A stretch of 44,686 bases of DNA. It comes from Ascoidea asiatica JCM 7603. Its lineage: Eukaryota; Fungi; Ascomycota. Position 1 is the first letter of the stretch; the number at the start of each line of letters is the position of its first letter. Of this stretch, positions 11,501-22,018 are shown piece after piece. Both the position numbers and the translations under genes were made by a program. The stretch covers positions 1 through 44,686 of the forward strand of contig BCKQ01000007.1 in assembly GCA_001600695.1 (NCBI GenBank). The letters are read 5' to 3'. The notes under the pieces were generated by a model. That model had not been told where the DNA came from, ran no database searches, and saw nothing but the letters and a program-made list of their open reading frames with translations.

Positions 11501-12966
11501 GTTGAATTTAAAGTAAATTCAAAACCAATTTTACTTAATAATCTTTCTCTTAAAATTCTTTCTTGTAAATTTAATTTTGGTAATTCTTTAATTGATTGAT
11601 ATTCTTCATTCCAATCTCTATAAATATCAGAACCATCATTACCACCAAATAAATAATTTAATTGAGTTTTACCAAAATCAGAAAAATTATAATATTGTTT
11701 ATCTATAGGTTTTGAATTAATTAAAGATAATTCAATTGGAGCTAACCATGGAGTTGATAAAAATGAATCAGAAGGATTTAAAAGAATTAAAGGATTATTA
11801 TTATTTAAAATTTTATTATTTAAATTTAAAATTTCAATAAATTTTAATGATAAAGATTTAATTAATTGAATTAAAGAATGAGATTTAATTAATGAATTTT
11901 TTTTTGAAAAAATTTTTTTAATTGAAGGATCAAAATTATTAGTTGTTGAATTATTTAAGAAAAAACCATTAATTGTTGCAGTTATATTAAAAGTTTCATT
12001 TTCTAAAGTTTGTAAAGTTAAATATAATAAATGACCTCTTAGTTTATAATATGGAGAAGGATAATTCCAAGAAGATAAAGATAAATTTTTTAAAGCAGGA
12101 TTTAATTTTATTGGTAAATTTGGAGCATGATCTTTAAAAGTTGGAGCTTTGAATAAATCTTTTGAATAAATTAAAGCATTTTTTTTTTCATCTTCAGTTA
12201 ATTTTTTATCTTTTAAATCTTTTGAATCTTTTTCATCTTTTTCATCTTTTTCATCATTATCATTATCATTAGAATTTTTAATTGGAGATAAATTAATTTT
12301 TTGAAATTTAGTTGAACCTGGAGCTAAACCTAAGATTTCATTTAAAGATTCTAATTCATTTATTTGAGATAAAGCAGAAATTTCTCTTAATTTTAATAAA
12401 TGATCTCTTATATCTTTTTCAGTATATGGTTTTTCAATAACTTTTAAATATAAGTTATAATTATTATTATTATTATTATCATTATTACTAATATCTTTTG
12501 AATTTTTAGAATTTTCAGATAAATTTAAAATATCTTTAATTAATAATTCAGGTAATAAATTTATTTGTTTATTATTAGTATTATTATTTTGTAAAATTAA
12601 ATTAAAACATGTTAAATAATTAGATTGTGGTAATAATGAGATTGTTTGAATAATATCATTTATTGATTCAGATTGAGATACAGTTAATTTTAAAATATTT
12701 AAATTTGAAGTTAAAGAATTTGTTGAATCATCTAATTGTAAAATTTCTGTTGGTAAATTATTTTCAGGTAATTGAATTGTAACATGAACAATTTGTGGTT
12801 GTTCTTCATCAATATTTTCATTTTCTTGAATTTCAGATGCTTCTTCTTTTGATTCAGGTTCTTTTGATTCAATTTCATTTGATTTAACTTCACTTGATTC
12901 AATTTCATTTGGTTTTGGATCTTCTAATGAAGGACTCAAAACTTTTGAATCTGCAACAACACTCAT
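8569..12966 (-). CDS. CLU1: Clustered mitochondria protein Clu1/Tif31 (mRNA-binding)
   Basis: LSLSSWNYP...GHLLYL, RDWNEEYQS...ERILRER, IDYCGRRIVCQTPVPG, LHKQGINLRYLG, EMIARASKH, C-terminal TPR region. Confidence 0.95.
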   Translation of the reverse strand: MSVVADSKVLSPSLEDPKPNEIESSEVKSNEIESKEPESKEEASEIQENENIDEEQPQIVHVTIQLPENNLPTEILQLDDSTNSLTSNLNILKLTVSQSESINDIIQTISLLPQSNYLTCFNLILQNNNTNNKQINLLPELLIKDILNLSENSKNSKDISNNDNNNNNNYNLYLKVIEKPYTEKDIRDHLLKLREISALSQINELESLNEILGLAPGSTKFQKINLSPIKNSNDNDNDEKDEKDEKDSKDLKDKKLTEDEKKNALIYSKDLFKAPTFKDHAPNLPIKLNPALKNLSLSSWNYPSPYYKLRGHLLYLTLQTLENETFNITATINGFFLNNSTTNNFDPSIKKIFSKKNSLIKSHSLIQLIKSLSLKFIEILNLNNKILNNNNPLILLNPSDSFLSTPWLAPIELSLINSKPIDKQYYNFSDFGKTQLNYLFGGNDGSDIYRDWNEEYQSIKELPKLNLQERILRERLLSKIGFEFTLNSTKGAMQILNGNIQPMNPNEQSNQFIYLRNNIFYSLGTDSSNQYLNKGGDEASRYCVGKDLTSIRLLNKIDNEKISHLCTSIIDYCGRRIVCQTPVPGVFNNDLLLDDDEKKNQSRIVHGLSDEGSNVARDDKFEKLLTPISEAFHIKKHNVFTKDPISNKINEIPLITSFETKGMKGTDFRNYIIDLYKTTPCDIEFIEKNWDLNHPLSYPHKEPLIRHECVGEWFRRKVTSLIKEEAQILEQKKKESIEKGEKLDQEKPTITVDPSKITLNPDCFSYSVDIKDLSKDQLEELKQDQENVREVSQFISEHLIPEFLADIGVSKIMAPVDGQHLSSLLHKQGINLRYLGKIATESLAYKEIELKKIEKTKKELAIKAEELAKKKKEEDEKKEKLGEEKKEEPIKKEEKEPEVTTNANFNLTVGSFEALYKCSIQEMIARASKHILRKLSTDIPFPVIPSIVSHFMNCLLGSDVNPSPKFFIEKEFEELYSNSVDFNTFSKITPEIIIAEVEAEVFKRFRFNLSEIKDWINNSKLIKKKAIFREISLKFGIQWSAFNYPFTKEEFLKLSEEELLISDEINIEESKKNKKKGKKSVSTITTIEAIKRETTFIPDDIISFFPIIKDSIFKSSLVEEIWDTGRSRLYGNDTSEKDHEMGISLLLESVSLYEQIYGTIHPELSKVYGLLAQIYFDLENTASAVEYSRKAVFISERCQGIDSFDTLLSLINLAYYEHVNGNTVNSLAIYSRILKDWETIYGDNTHPSSITTLTNIALMYQSSQLFETSKELLFKALNLSEKVNGKESQITAMIKYQYSQSLATINDIPNSIKFMNEAYHVFRDLLGDEDSTTKDAKKNVDSLTNFLILNAKQEKELKRIMAENEKQIKKQKEEERLSKLKLEKLSQNLKLTTNGNSIGNIKGILKENNSNTISNNNINNNKSIKSDPKIANQSIEEIMKYIEGSNDTSETIKKTPKKKSKKSKK

Positions 12967-13675
12967 TTTAAATTAACAAAAAATAAATTATATATACAGT
13001 AAGAGATACGTTGAAAAGTAATGAAAATGAATAAAATAAACTAAGAATTATATATTGAGTATTAAATATTAAGCGAATATAAAAGAAATGTAATATAATA
13101 TACAAAACTACTATTAAATTAGTCTCAAATATATTACTCAAATATATTACTGGAATATTACTGGAATATTACTGGAGTATTACTGGAGTATTACTTGCTG
13201 ATTTTTACCCCGAACATCAAAATCAAATTTTTCAAAATCCTCGCAATTTCAAAGCGTTCAAAGCCTTCAAAATGCAAAACGCCAATTGAATTTGAAAATT
13301 CCATCGTTTTTCCTCAGTTTTCTTTGTTCTTCTGTGACTGCGGTCACTGAAAGGGGTCTGTGTGGGCCACTAGAAGGCTGGTAATTAAAAACTAAAACTA
13401 AAAAAGGACCCACAAATCTGGTTTTAATCTTTCATGTGACCAGAGGCAGGGTAACACTTTTTAGTGCTGAAATATGTAGTAAAACGCATGATTCCAAATC
13501 AGGAACTTTAACCGCTGAAAATTTCAAATTTCAAATTTCAGGCGGATGTAAACATATCCGTACCATGGATTCACTATTATCCTTACTGAAACTAGTATAC
13601 GGATTTATAGTTTATTAATTTTATACAGTTTTGTCTATTTGTAATTATACTAAAAAAAGGATTTTATTCATGAGT

Positions 13676-16600
13676 TTAAGACTTCATGGTTTGAAGACTT
13701 CTTTTTTTTAATTCACTAATTTCATTATCAATCTCTTCCCATTCAACTATTTGTCTTTTAGCTCTATCTAATTTTGGTTCTTTTGTTAATGGATTTTGAC
13801 ATAAATCAATAGTTTTAGCTTTCTTTAAACTTTCATCACTACACCATGTTTCACACCATAACCATTCTTGAGGTAATGAAAATATTTTAATTTCTCTTTG
13901 TAAATTATTTGGTAAATCTTGATCTAAATTTGATAATGAATTTGGATCACTTGATAATGATTGATAATGTTGTCTTAATCTATCTCCAGCTGCAATTGCT
14001 CTAAATCTTTTTAAATCAATTACATAAAGTGCACTAATATGATATTTAAATTCATCTCCTAATACTTTTTCCCAATATCCCTTTTTCCAAAATCTAAATC
14101 CATCCATTTCTTTACGTGAATCACACATTGGTGTATATCCATATGGTGCACCTTGTAAATCAATTTCATTTAATTCATTTAAATCTGTTCTAACAATTTG
14201 ATCTGAATCAACAAATATAACTTTATCTAAATCTTGTGGAAAAATAACATCTAAAAATAAAATCTTATATCCCCAAAATGTTCTTTGTTTTTCTCTTTGA
14301 GATCTTAACCAAAATGGCCATTTATATGTTATTAATTCATATTTAAAATTATATTCTTTTGATAATATTGGTAAAAATTCTTTAAAACTTGGTGACATAT
14401 AATTTTCAATTAACCAAAATTTAACTGAATGTTTTGTATGTCTTTTAACTGATGCAAACATTATACCAACAAATCTTTCATATAAATGTCCACTTGCAAT
14501 TGTAAAAATATTAATATCGGCTTTATCATTTTCAAAATTTTTACTTATTTTAATATTAATATTATTTGAATAAATTTTATCTTTAATATTTAAAACTTCT
14601 TGAGATATTTTATTAAAAGATTTATTAATAAATTTATTAATATTATTTGGTAAATATTTTAAAATTAAATTATTATTTTTTTTACCTAATAATTTTATTT
14701 CATCTTCTTCATTTCGAATTATTAAACTTTCTTCTTCCATTCCAATTTTTTTATTAAATTTTGGAAAAATTGTTAATCCATACATATCTAAAATTCCAAT
14801 TATTGATGTTTTCAATTTCAAATTTTTATTTAATTCATTTTCAATATTAATTTCTTTTAATTCAAAAATTTCTTCACTTTTACTTAATGGTTTTATTTGA
14901 AATTTCCATAATCCTGGATTTGCTTTTAATTGTATATATCCTAAATTTGCCATAATATTTGTATCTGAATAAATTTTTTCTTTATTATTTAATTCAATTA
15001 ATTCAACTTGTGCTCCAACTGGTGGTAAATTATTATTAATATCTTTACAATGTCCCTCAATTAAAATATTTCTTAATTCATAAATTCCTTCAATATAATT
15101 AAATTCAGTTGTATCTAATTTAACATTATCTAAATCCCAAATTGATTTCTTTGGCATAATAATCCATGATGATGGTACATCTAAATCTAATGTAAATAAT
15201 GTCTTTTCTGGTACATTTGAAAATTTATTATTAAATATATTTAAATCTAAATTTCCTGTATTTAAATCAAATTCAACATTTGATAAATATAATCCACGAT
15301 AAAATCTTTTAATATTAATTTCTTTTAATTCTAAATTTGGTTGTAATAAAATTGTAATATGACATAAATTTGAAAATTTTGATAAATTTTCAAAACTTTT
15401 TAACATTGAAATAATTTTTTGAGAATCTTCACTAATTGGATCAATTATCACAACAATTTCAAGATCTGAATTGAATTTTGATTCTTCAATATTTGAATAA
15501 TTAATATTACCTAATTCAATTGATAATCCTTCATAATCAATTGTTGATAAATCATATCTTGATATTGATTCTGATAATTGAAAATCAATTTGATTTGTAT
15601 CATAATAACTTTTTGTTAAAATACTTGTTAACATCTCAAACCAATCATAATAATTTTTAAATAATGTTATTTCATTTTCTTGAAATTTTTTAATATCATT
15701 ATTATATGAAATTTTTAAATCATCTTTTAATATATGTACAGCTTTAATTCTATTTTCAAGTTCATAAACAATTAAAAAATCTAAATCTCTTTGATTAAAT
15801 AATTCTTCCTCTTTATCAAAAATAACAACTCTTGAATTAACTATAATCATTGGTTTAAAATTGAATGATTCAATATCAATATCAATTAATTTCAATAATT
15901 CAATAATATCTTCATTATAATCATTAGTTTTGATATCATCAAAATTAATTAATTCTTTATCATTTTTAACCATATCTGAAATTAATAATAATGTATCCTT
16001 TATTGCAATTGATTTTCCAGAACTTGTACTTATTAAAGTTTCTTTAATTTTATTAAATCTTGAATTATCTTTAGCTGTATTAATTAATTTAATTCTATTT
16101 TTGAAATTTTCTTTATCATCAACTAAATCAAATTGCATTTTAAATAATTCAATAGTTTCATTTAAAAATGATTCACTATTAAAATTACCAATTAAATAAG
16201 TTGTTAAAGGAATATCATCTTCTGAATTAATATCTCTAAATTTTTTTTCATAATTATAAGTTAAAATATTATTACTAATTTTTTCATCATTTTGATATTT
16301 ATTAAAAAATTCTTCATTGAAAAATTTATAAATAAACCCATTAGTATTTGAATTATCATTAATACCACCTTTTTCAATAACTGGCATAATTTTTAAATTT
16401 CTTGAAGGTAATGATTTTTCATATAAATAATCAATTAATTTTTCATTTTTGAAATTTTTATCATCAGAAGTAATTTTTTCTTGAATAATACTTGCGAGAT
16501 AATTAACATCTTGATATAATTGATTTGCAATTGAATATTGCCATTGATTATATCTATCAAAATCTGTAAATACACCATCAACAACTATTTGAGGTTTTGA

Positions 16601-18742
16601 AATTGCAAATTTTTTTAAAAATGGAGTATTATCATATTCATTTAAATTTATTTTTAAATTTTTAGAATTATAATTATATTCATTTAATAAATTTTTTTTA
16701 ATTTCAAATGGAGAATTATTTAAATCATTTAAAAATTTATAAAGATCTTTTTTTGAAGAAGTTTCATCTTTATAAGCAATTTTATAAAAATTATTTAATA
16801 ATAATTTATCAATTAATTTTTTTTCATTTTTTTCAAAATTTGTACCAGAATAATTATTTAAAATTAAAGGTAAAAAACCAATTCTTTGTGGAATACCTCT
16901 ATCTAAAACCATTGAAGTTATTGTCATTGCAATATTTAATAAATTTTCATTATTTAAATTTATTATAAAAATCATATCAAAAATATTTTCTTTAATATTT
17001 GGTAATTGACCAGGTCTTATATCTTTTGCTTGATTAATAAAAATACTTCTATTTTCAGATAAATGATTATAAAAACCATCATTTTCAATATCATTAAGAT
17101 AAAAATATTTATCACCATTAATTTTATTTAAATTTTGAATATTAAATCTTTTAAAAATATTATTTGGAGAATTTAAATTATTTTTTTTAATATAAGTTAA
17201 CATAAATGCAAATCTAGATAAAAATTGTTTTGAATTAAAATTTGAAATTTTTAAAAATTTTTTAAAAAAATTAATTAAATTTAATTCAGTTTTAAATAAT
17301 TTTAATAATTCTAAAAAATTAAATTTCATTTCAGATAATGGTTTACCATTTATATAAATTCCAATTGAATTTTTATTTAAACCTAATTTTGAATTTGATT
17401 TAATTTTTGTAATTAAATTTTTAATTTTTGGTAATTTTTTATTTGCTTTAAATAATTTTGAAGATGAAATGAATTTTGAGAATTTTGGAAAATCTTGTAA
17501 GATTTGATTAAGAGTATTAAATTTTATATAATTATTATTTATAATATTATTATTATTATTATTATTATTATTATCGTTTAATAAAATTGGATTATTTAAA
17601 ATAAAATTAGTTAATCTTAAATCTAAATTTCTTATTTTTTTCTTTGATAAAGCTGGAATATCATCATGATGAGTATTTAAAAAGGGTAAAATTGAATTAT
17701 TTTTTTCTTTTATATTTGGGATAATATTACTATTATCAATTGAATCATTTAATGTTTTTTTAAAGACATCTCTATCATCAATTACAATATAATCAGTTCT
17801 TTTTAAAGTTAAATCTACACCATAACCAGATAATAATTGAAAGTTATTATTATTATTATTTTCATTTTCTGAAGATGGAATTGAATATCTCCAAATAAAA
17901 TTTAATTTACCAGATAAAACATTTTGATATAAACTTATAAAGAATTTTTTAAAATTAATATCTTCAATATCATTTGAATATAATATTAAAATTGGTACAT
18001 TTTTATTATTACCAATAATTCTATCAAATGGTAATAATATATTATCATCATCATTATTATTATTATTCCAATTGGTATTATCAATTTGTAAAGCGAATAA
18101 ATCAGTTGGATCTTTAATAATTTGATTATTAAAATATATCCAAGATTTTAAATTTTTAGTTGAATTAAATTTTATATTTGATAATATTGAATTATTATAA
18201 TAATTAAAATTAGATATAATTCTTGGAGAATAATAATGATTTGCTAAATAAATATCATAAATTAATTTTGATTGATTATTTAATAATTTATTAAAAGTTA
18301 AATCATAATAATAACTATCTTTTTTAATTAATAGTATTTGATTATTATTTTGATTATCAATTGAATTCATTTTTTCAATATCATCGAAATTATTCATTTC
18401 ATCAATATTATAATAATTTGAGGAATTTAAATTTGAATTTAAATTTGAATTTAAATTTGATTCTAAATCATCAAAATCAATATCATTTAATTGATCTATA
18501 TCATTGATATCTGTAATTTGAGTTAAATTCAATAGATTAAAAATTGTATTTAAATATAAAGAATCATTTTGAGAAGATATAGTTTCTAAAATTTCTAAAT
18601 AAAATGATGGATTTATCCAATTTGAATGTAATTTAATATCAATTGAATTTTTTTCATTTGTTTTAACATCAATTGAACATTGAGCAATATTGAAATGAAA
18701 TAAAGTTATAAGAAACCAAGTGATTGAATTTAGTATAATCAT
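13676..18742 (-). CDS. KRE5: UDP-glucose:glycoprotein glucosyltransferase (UGGT/Kre5 family, GT24)
   Basis: Signal peptide; LSGYGVDLTLKRTDY; MANLGYIQLKANPG; catalytic domain DINIFTIASGHLYERF, WGYKILFLDVIFP, FVDSDQIVR, NLDQDLPN, WLWCETWC. Confidence 0.93.
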   Translation of the reverse strand: MIILNSITWFLITLFHFNIAQCSIDVKTNEKNSIDIKLHSNWINPSFYLEILETISSQNDSLYLNTIFNLLNLTQITDINDIDQLNDIDFDDLESNLNSNLNSNLNSSNYYNIDEMNNFDDIEKMNSIDNQNNNQILLIKKDSYYYDLTFNKLLNNQSKLIYDIYLANHYYSPRIISNFNYYNNSILSNIKFNSTKNLKSWIYFNNQIIKDPTDLFALQIDNTNWNNNNNDDDNILLPFDRIIGNNKNVPILILYSNDIEDINFKKFFISLYQNVLSGKLNFIWRYSIPSSENENNNNNNFQLLSGYGVDLTLKRTDYIVIDDRDVFKKTLNDSIDNSNIIPNIKEKNNSILPFLNTHHDDIPALSKKKIRNLDLRLTNFILNNPILLNDNNNNNNNNNIINNNYIKFNTLNQILQDFPKFSKFISSSKLFKANKKLPKIKNLITKIKSNSKLGLNKNSIGIYINGKPLSEMKFNFLELLKLFKTELNLINFFKKFLKISNFNSKQFLSRFAFMLTYIKKNNLNSPNNIFKRFNIQNLNKINGDKYFYLNDIENDGFYNHLSENRSIFINQAKDIRPGQLPNIKENIFDMIFIINLNNENLLNIAMTITSMVLDRGIPQRIGFLPLILNNYSGTNFEKNEKKLIDKLLLNNFYKIAYKDETSSKKDLYKFLNDLNNSPFEIKKNLLNEYNYNSKNLKINLNEYDNTPFLKKFAISKPQIVVDGVFTDFDRYNQWQYSIANQLYQDVNYLASIIQEKITSDDKNFKNEKLIDYLYEKSLPSRNLKIMPVIEKGGINDNSNTNGFIYKFFNEEFFNKYQNDEKISNNILTYNYEKKFRDINSEDDIPLTTYLIGNFNSESFLNETIELFKMQFDLVDDKENFKNRIKLINTAKDNSRFNKIKETLISTSSGKSIAIKDTLLLISDMVKNDKELINFDDIKTNDYNEDIIELLKLIDIDIESFNFKPMIIVNSRVVIFDKEEELFNQRDLDFLIVYELENRIKAVHILKDDLKISYNNDIKKFQENEITLFKNYYDWFEMLTSILTKSYYDTNQIDFQLSESISRYDLSTIDYEGLSIELGNINYSNIEESKFNSDLEIVVIIDPISEDSQKIISMLKSFENLSKFSNLCHITILLQPNLELKEINIKRFYRGLYLSNVEFDLNTGNLDLNIFNNKFSNVPEKTLFTLDLDVPSSWIIMPKKSIWDLDNVKLDTTEFNYIEGIYELRNILIEGHCKDINNNLPPVGAQVELIELNNKEKIYSDTNIMANLGYIQLKANPGLWKFQIKPLSKSEEIFELKEINIENELNKNLKLKTSIIGILDMYGLTIFPKFNKKIGMEEESLIIRNEEDEIKLLGKKNNNLILKYLPNNINKFINKSFNKISQEVLNIKDKIYSNNINIKISKNFENDKADINIFTIASGHLYERFVGIMFASVKRHTKHSVKFWLIENYMSPSFKEFLPILSKEYNFKYELITYKWPFWLRSQREKQRTFWGYKILFLDVIFPQDLDKVIFVDSDQIVRTDLNELNEIDLQGAPYGYTPMCDSRKEMDGFRFWKKGYWEKVLGDEFKYHISALYVIDLKRFRAIAAGDRLRQHYQSLSSDPNSLSNLDQDLPNNLQREIKIFSLPQEWLWCETWCSDESLKKAKTIDLCQNPLTKEPKLDRAKRQIVEWEEIDNEISELKKRSLQTMKS

Positions 18743-19442
18743 TTTGATTTACTTATAATTGATAATTGATAATCGATTATGAGATAAGATATCTATATAA
18801 TTATAAATTATAAATTATAAATTATAAAATTGCCATCGAATTGGTTAATTCTGGCTTATTGAAATATTCTGGATTTAAACCTTTATTTTGGTTTAAATTG
18901 AATTAATTTCGTCAGCGTTAACAACAACATCACGTGCGCTAAGCGCTGAGCTTTTTTTCAATTAATTTTCCACAGCGGATTGAACAAAAAAATAATTATC
19001 CGGCTTCGGAAAATAGTAAAAGTACAAATATTTAATCCATGCACGGTGGAAACGGTTAAATGGAAACCAGCGGTTATTAAATTAAATAAGGAGACCCGCA
19101 GATCTGGCGTTGTTTTCTTTTTTAGCAAAAACCCTTCAAAAAGCTTTCAACGACACCTCAGCAGCTCAGTTCAGTTCAGTTCTCTTCATTTTCTCTTCTC
19201 TTCAGACAGCAAACTTCACACGCAGCAGAAGCAGAGGACTTTGGATTCTGTTGCAAGGAAGAGATGAGAATAAAAGAAGACCTATTTTTTGATTGATTGA
19301 TGAATGAATGGTCATTTTTGGTTTGATTTGATTTGATTTGATCAACTACAAAGGGAAATGATATGAAATGATATGATATGATAAATTATTATAATAAATT
19401 ATTAATATCAACTATGATCATAGAAAGAATAAATATTTCAAA

Positions 19443-20783
19443 ATGCATTATAATATAGCAATGGTATCTGATTTTTTTTTCCCACAAATGGGAGGAGTTG
19501 AATTACATATTTATCATCTTTCTCAAAAACTTATACAATTAGGTCATAATGTTATAATTATAACTCATGATTATAATTCAAGATCTGGTATAAGATATTT
19601 ATCAAATGGTTTAAAAGTTTATCATATACCATATTTTATACTTTGGAGAGAATGTACATTTCCAACAGTTTTTTCATTTTTTCCAATATTTAGAAATATT
19701 ATAATTAGAGAAAATATAAATTTAATTCATTCTCATGCTTCATTATCTTCTTTTGCTCATGAAGCTATATTTCATGCAAGAACAATGAATATTAAAGCTG
19801 TATTTACTGATCATTCATTATTTGGTTTTGCAGATATTGGTTCAATAACTGCAAATAAAGCTTTATCTTTTACTTTAAGAGATATTAATAGAGTTATTTG
19901 TGTTTCAAATACTTGTAAAGAAAATACTGTTTTAAGAGCTTCAATTGATCCAAGAATTGTTTCTGTTATACCAAATGCAGTAATTTCAAAAGATTTTAAA
20001 CCAAATTTTTTTAAGAAAAAAAATAAATTTATTACAATTATTGTAATTTCAAGATTATTTCAAAATAAAGGTATTGATTTATTAACAAAAATTATACCAA
20101 TAATTTGTAAAAAAAATAAAAATGTTAAATTTATAATTGCTGGTGATGGACCAAAATTTATTGATCTTGATCAAATGATTGAATTAAATAGATTACAAAA
20201 TAAAGTTAAATTAATTGGTAGTATAAAACATGAAGATGTTAGAAATATTATGTGTCAAGGTGATATTTATTTACATTCTTCATTAACTGAAGCTTTTGGT
20301 ACTGTTTTAGTTGAAGCTGCATCATGTAATTTATTTGTTGTAACTACAAGAGTTGGTGGTATACCAGAAGTTTTACCAAATCATATGACATTATTTGCAA
20401 ATCCTTCAGTAAATTCATTAATTGAAAATTGTTTAATTGCAATAAATTTAATTGAAAATAAAAAAATTGATACAAATAAATTTCATAAAGAAATTAAAAA
20501 AATGTATAATTGGATGAATATTGCAAAAAGAACAGAATTAGTTTATAATTCAATTAAAGATAATGAAAAAAAAATTCCAATTTATATAAAATTTAAAAGG
20601 CATTATTCATGTGGTTTATGGGCAGGAAAATTATTTATTTTATGTATTGTTATTGATATTTTTATTTTATTTTTCTTAAATTTATTTTTTCCAATTGAAA
20701 ATATTGATAAAGTTAAAAAATGGCCAAAGGGTAAAAGTAAAACTCCCAAATCAGCTTCCCATGATTATGATAACAATATTTAA
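19443..20783 (+). CDS. SPT14: GPI-GlcNAc transferase catalytic subunit (PIG-A/Gpi3)
   Basis: MVSDFFFPQMGGVELHIY, VFTDHSLFGFAD, SLTEAFGTVLVEAASC...TTRVGGIPEVLP, C-terminal transmembrane segment. Confidence 0.96.
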   Translation: MHYNIAMVSDFFFPQMGGVELHIYHLSQKLIQLGHNVIIITHDYNSRSGIRYLSNGLKVYHIPYFILWRECTFPTVFSFFPIFRNIIIRENINLIHSHASLSSFAHEAIFHARTMNIKAVFTDHSLFGFADIGSITANKALSFTLRDINRVICVSNTCKENTVLRASIDPRIVSVIPNAVISKDFKPNFFKKKNKFITIIVISRLFQNKGIDLLTKIIPIICKKNKNVKFIIAGDGPKFIDLDQMIELNRLQNKVKLIGSIKHEDVRNIMCQGDIYLHSSLTEAFGTVLVEAASCNLFVVTTRVGGIPEVLPNHMTLFANPSVNSLIENCLIAINLIENKKIDTNKFHKEIKKMYNWMNIAKRTELVYNSIKDNEKKIPIYIKFKRHYSCGLWAGKLFILCIVIDIFILFFLNLFFPIENIDKVKKWPKGKSKTPKSASHDYDNNI

Positions 20784-20930
20784 TAATCATATATAATAAT
20801 AATATACAGTATAATATATATCTTTTATTCAATTCTTTTCTACAGTTCTTCAATACATTTTTATATCTTCATCATTATTACTTTATTTCTTATTAATTAC
20901 TGATTTTTATAGGCGGAAAAGAATCTAAGA

Positions 20931-20938
20931 CCGGGTAA
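20931..20938. promoter_or_regulatory. Reb1-type site CCGGGTAA upstream of MRPL40
   Basis: Exact match to the Reb1 consensus (TTACCCGG on the - strand) in a short intergenic region, followed by a T-rich tract. Confidence 0.55.
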
Positions 20939-21025
20939 CGCTCTTTATTTTTTTTATATTTCACAATAATTTTATTAAATTTCACTAGAAATAAATGAAA
21001 ATAAATGAAAATATTTATAATAAAC

Positions 21026-21110
21026 TAAAGAATAGATAAAGAATAGATAAAGAATAGATAAAGAATAGATAAAGAATAGATAAAGAATAGATAAAGAATA
21101 GTATAAGAAT
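21026..21110 (+). repeat. 11-bp minisatellite (TAAAGAATAGA)x~7 immediately before the MRPL40 ATG
   Basis: Directly visible tandem array. Confidence 0.95.
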
Positions 21111-21118
21111 AGAGCAGG

Positions 21119-22018
21119 ATGAGTGCATGGAGAAAAGTAAATAAAAGATTCACAAGAGATCTTGAAAAAGCTCCAGCTCATATAAGAGAAGCAACAATTA
21201 AAAGAAATAATAAATTTACATTACCATTTTTAGAAACTAATAAAGAATTAAAAACAATTCCAATAGATGAAAGATATGGAGATGATTATAAAAAATGGAA
21301 ATTTGCACCAGGTGATAGAGTTATTATTATGAAAGGTAAATTAAAAGGTACTATAACTAAAGTTCATAGTTATGCACATGAATTTAATGGAATTTTCTTA
21401 GAAGATGGTTTAAGACAAAAAGTTCCATTACCTAAAATACTTTGGCAACCTGGACAAAAAAGTTTTATGTCAGAATATCCATTACCAATATCACCAAATG
21501 ATATAAAATTAATTTATAATAAAATTGATAATAAAACTGGATTAAAAAAAGATGTAATTATTAATGATGTTGAATTTAATGGAATTTATTATGATGAAGA
21601 ATATAAAAAAAATTTACCAAAAAGGTGTGTAAAATTTAATAAAAATTTAATTTTACCATGGCCATCATTAAATATTCCAGAAAATTTAAATGATGATTTA
21701 ACTACAAAAGATTTAAATATTATTAAAAAACAAACATTTTTTATTGATACAATTTTTAAAAATTATATACCAAAAGATGCTTTATCATCATTAAGAAATG
21801 AAAGTACAAAATATAATAAAGGTATTTATACTAAAAATGATTTAAGAATGCTTACAGCACCAATGATGCCATTAAGTGATAATAAAAAAGCATATTTAAA
21901 AGAAAAAGCAGAATTAAAAGCAAGAGGTTTTAGTCCATTTACTGAAGAAATGAAAAATTTTATAGGTAAAAGAGTTGAAAATTATATTGAAAATAAAAAA
22001 TCAAAAGTAATCAAATGA
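21119..22018 (+). CDS. MRPL40: Mitochondrial ribosomal protein uL24m
   Basis: KOW motif KWKFAPGDRVIIMKGKLKGTITKV; ~300 aa length; LPKRC...ILPWP; PMMPLS near the C-terminus; lies next to SPT14 as in S. cerevisiae. Confidence 0.85.
   Translation: MSAWRKVNKRFTRDLEKAPAHIREATIKRNNKFTLPFLETNKELKTIPIDERYGDDYKKWKFAPGDRVIIMKGKLKGTITKVHSYAHEFNGIFLEDGLRQKVPLPKILWQPGQKSFMSEYPLPISPNDIKLIYNKIDNKTGLKKDVIINDVEFNGIYYDEEYKKNLPKRCVKFNKNLILPWPSLNIPENLNDDLTTKDLNIIKKQTFFIDTIFKNYIPKDALSSLRNESTKYNKGIYTKNDLRMLTAPMMPLSDNKKAYLKEKAELKARGFSPFTEEMKNFIGKRVENYIENKKSKVIK

Noticed and set aside
13661-13678. Stop-codon readthrough giving UGGT an ER retrieval signal
   Set aside because: The extension is only T-H-E-stop, not HDEL or HEEL.
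21026-21110. CRISPR-like or mobile-element repeat
   Set aside because: Head-to-tail units without spacers in a eukaryotic context; no LTR, terminal inverted repeat or transposase/RT ORF seen anywhere in the window.
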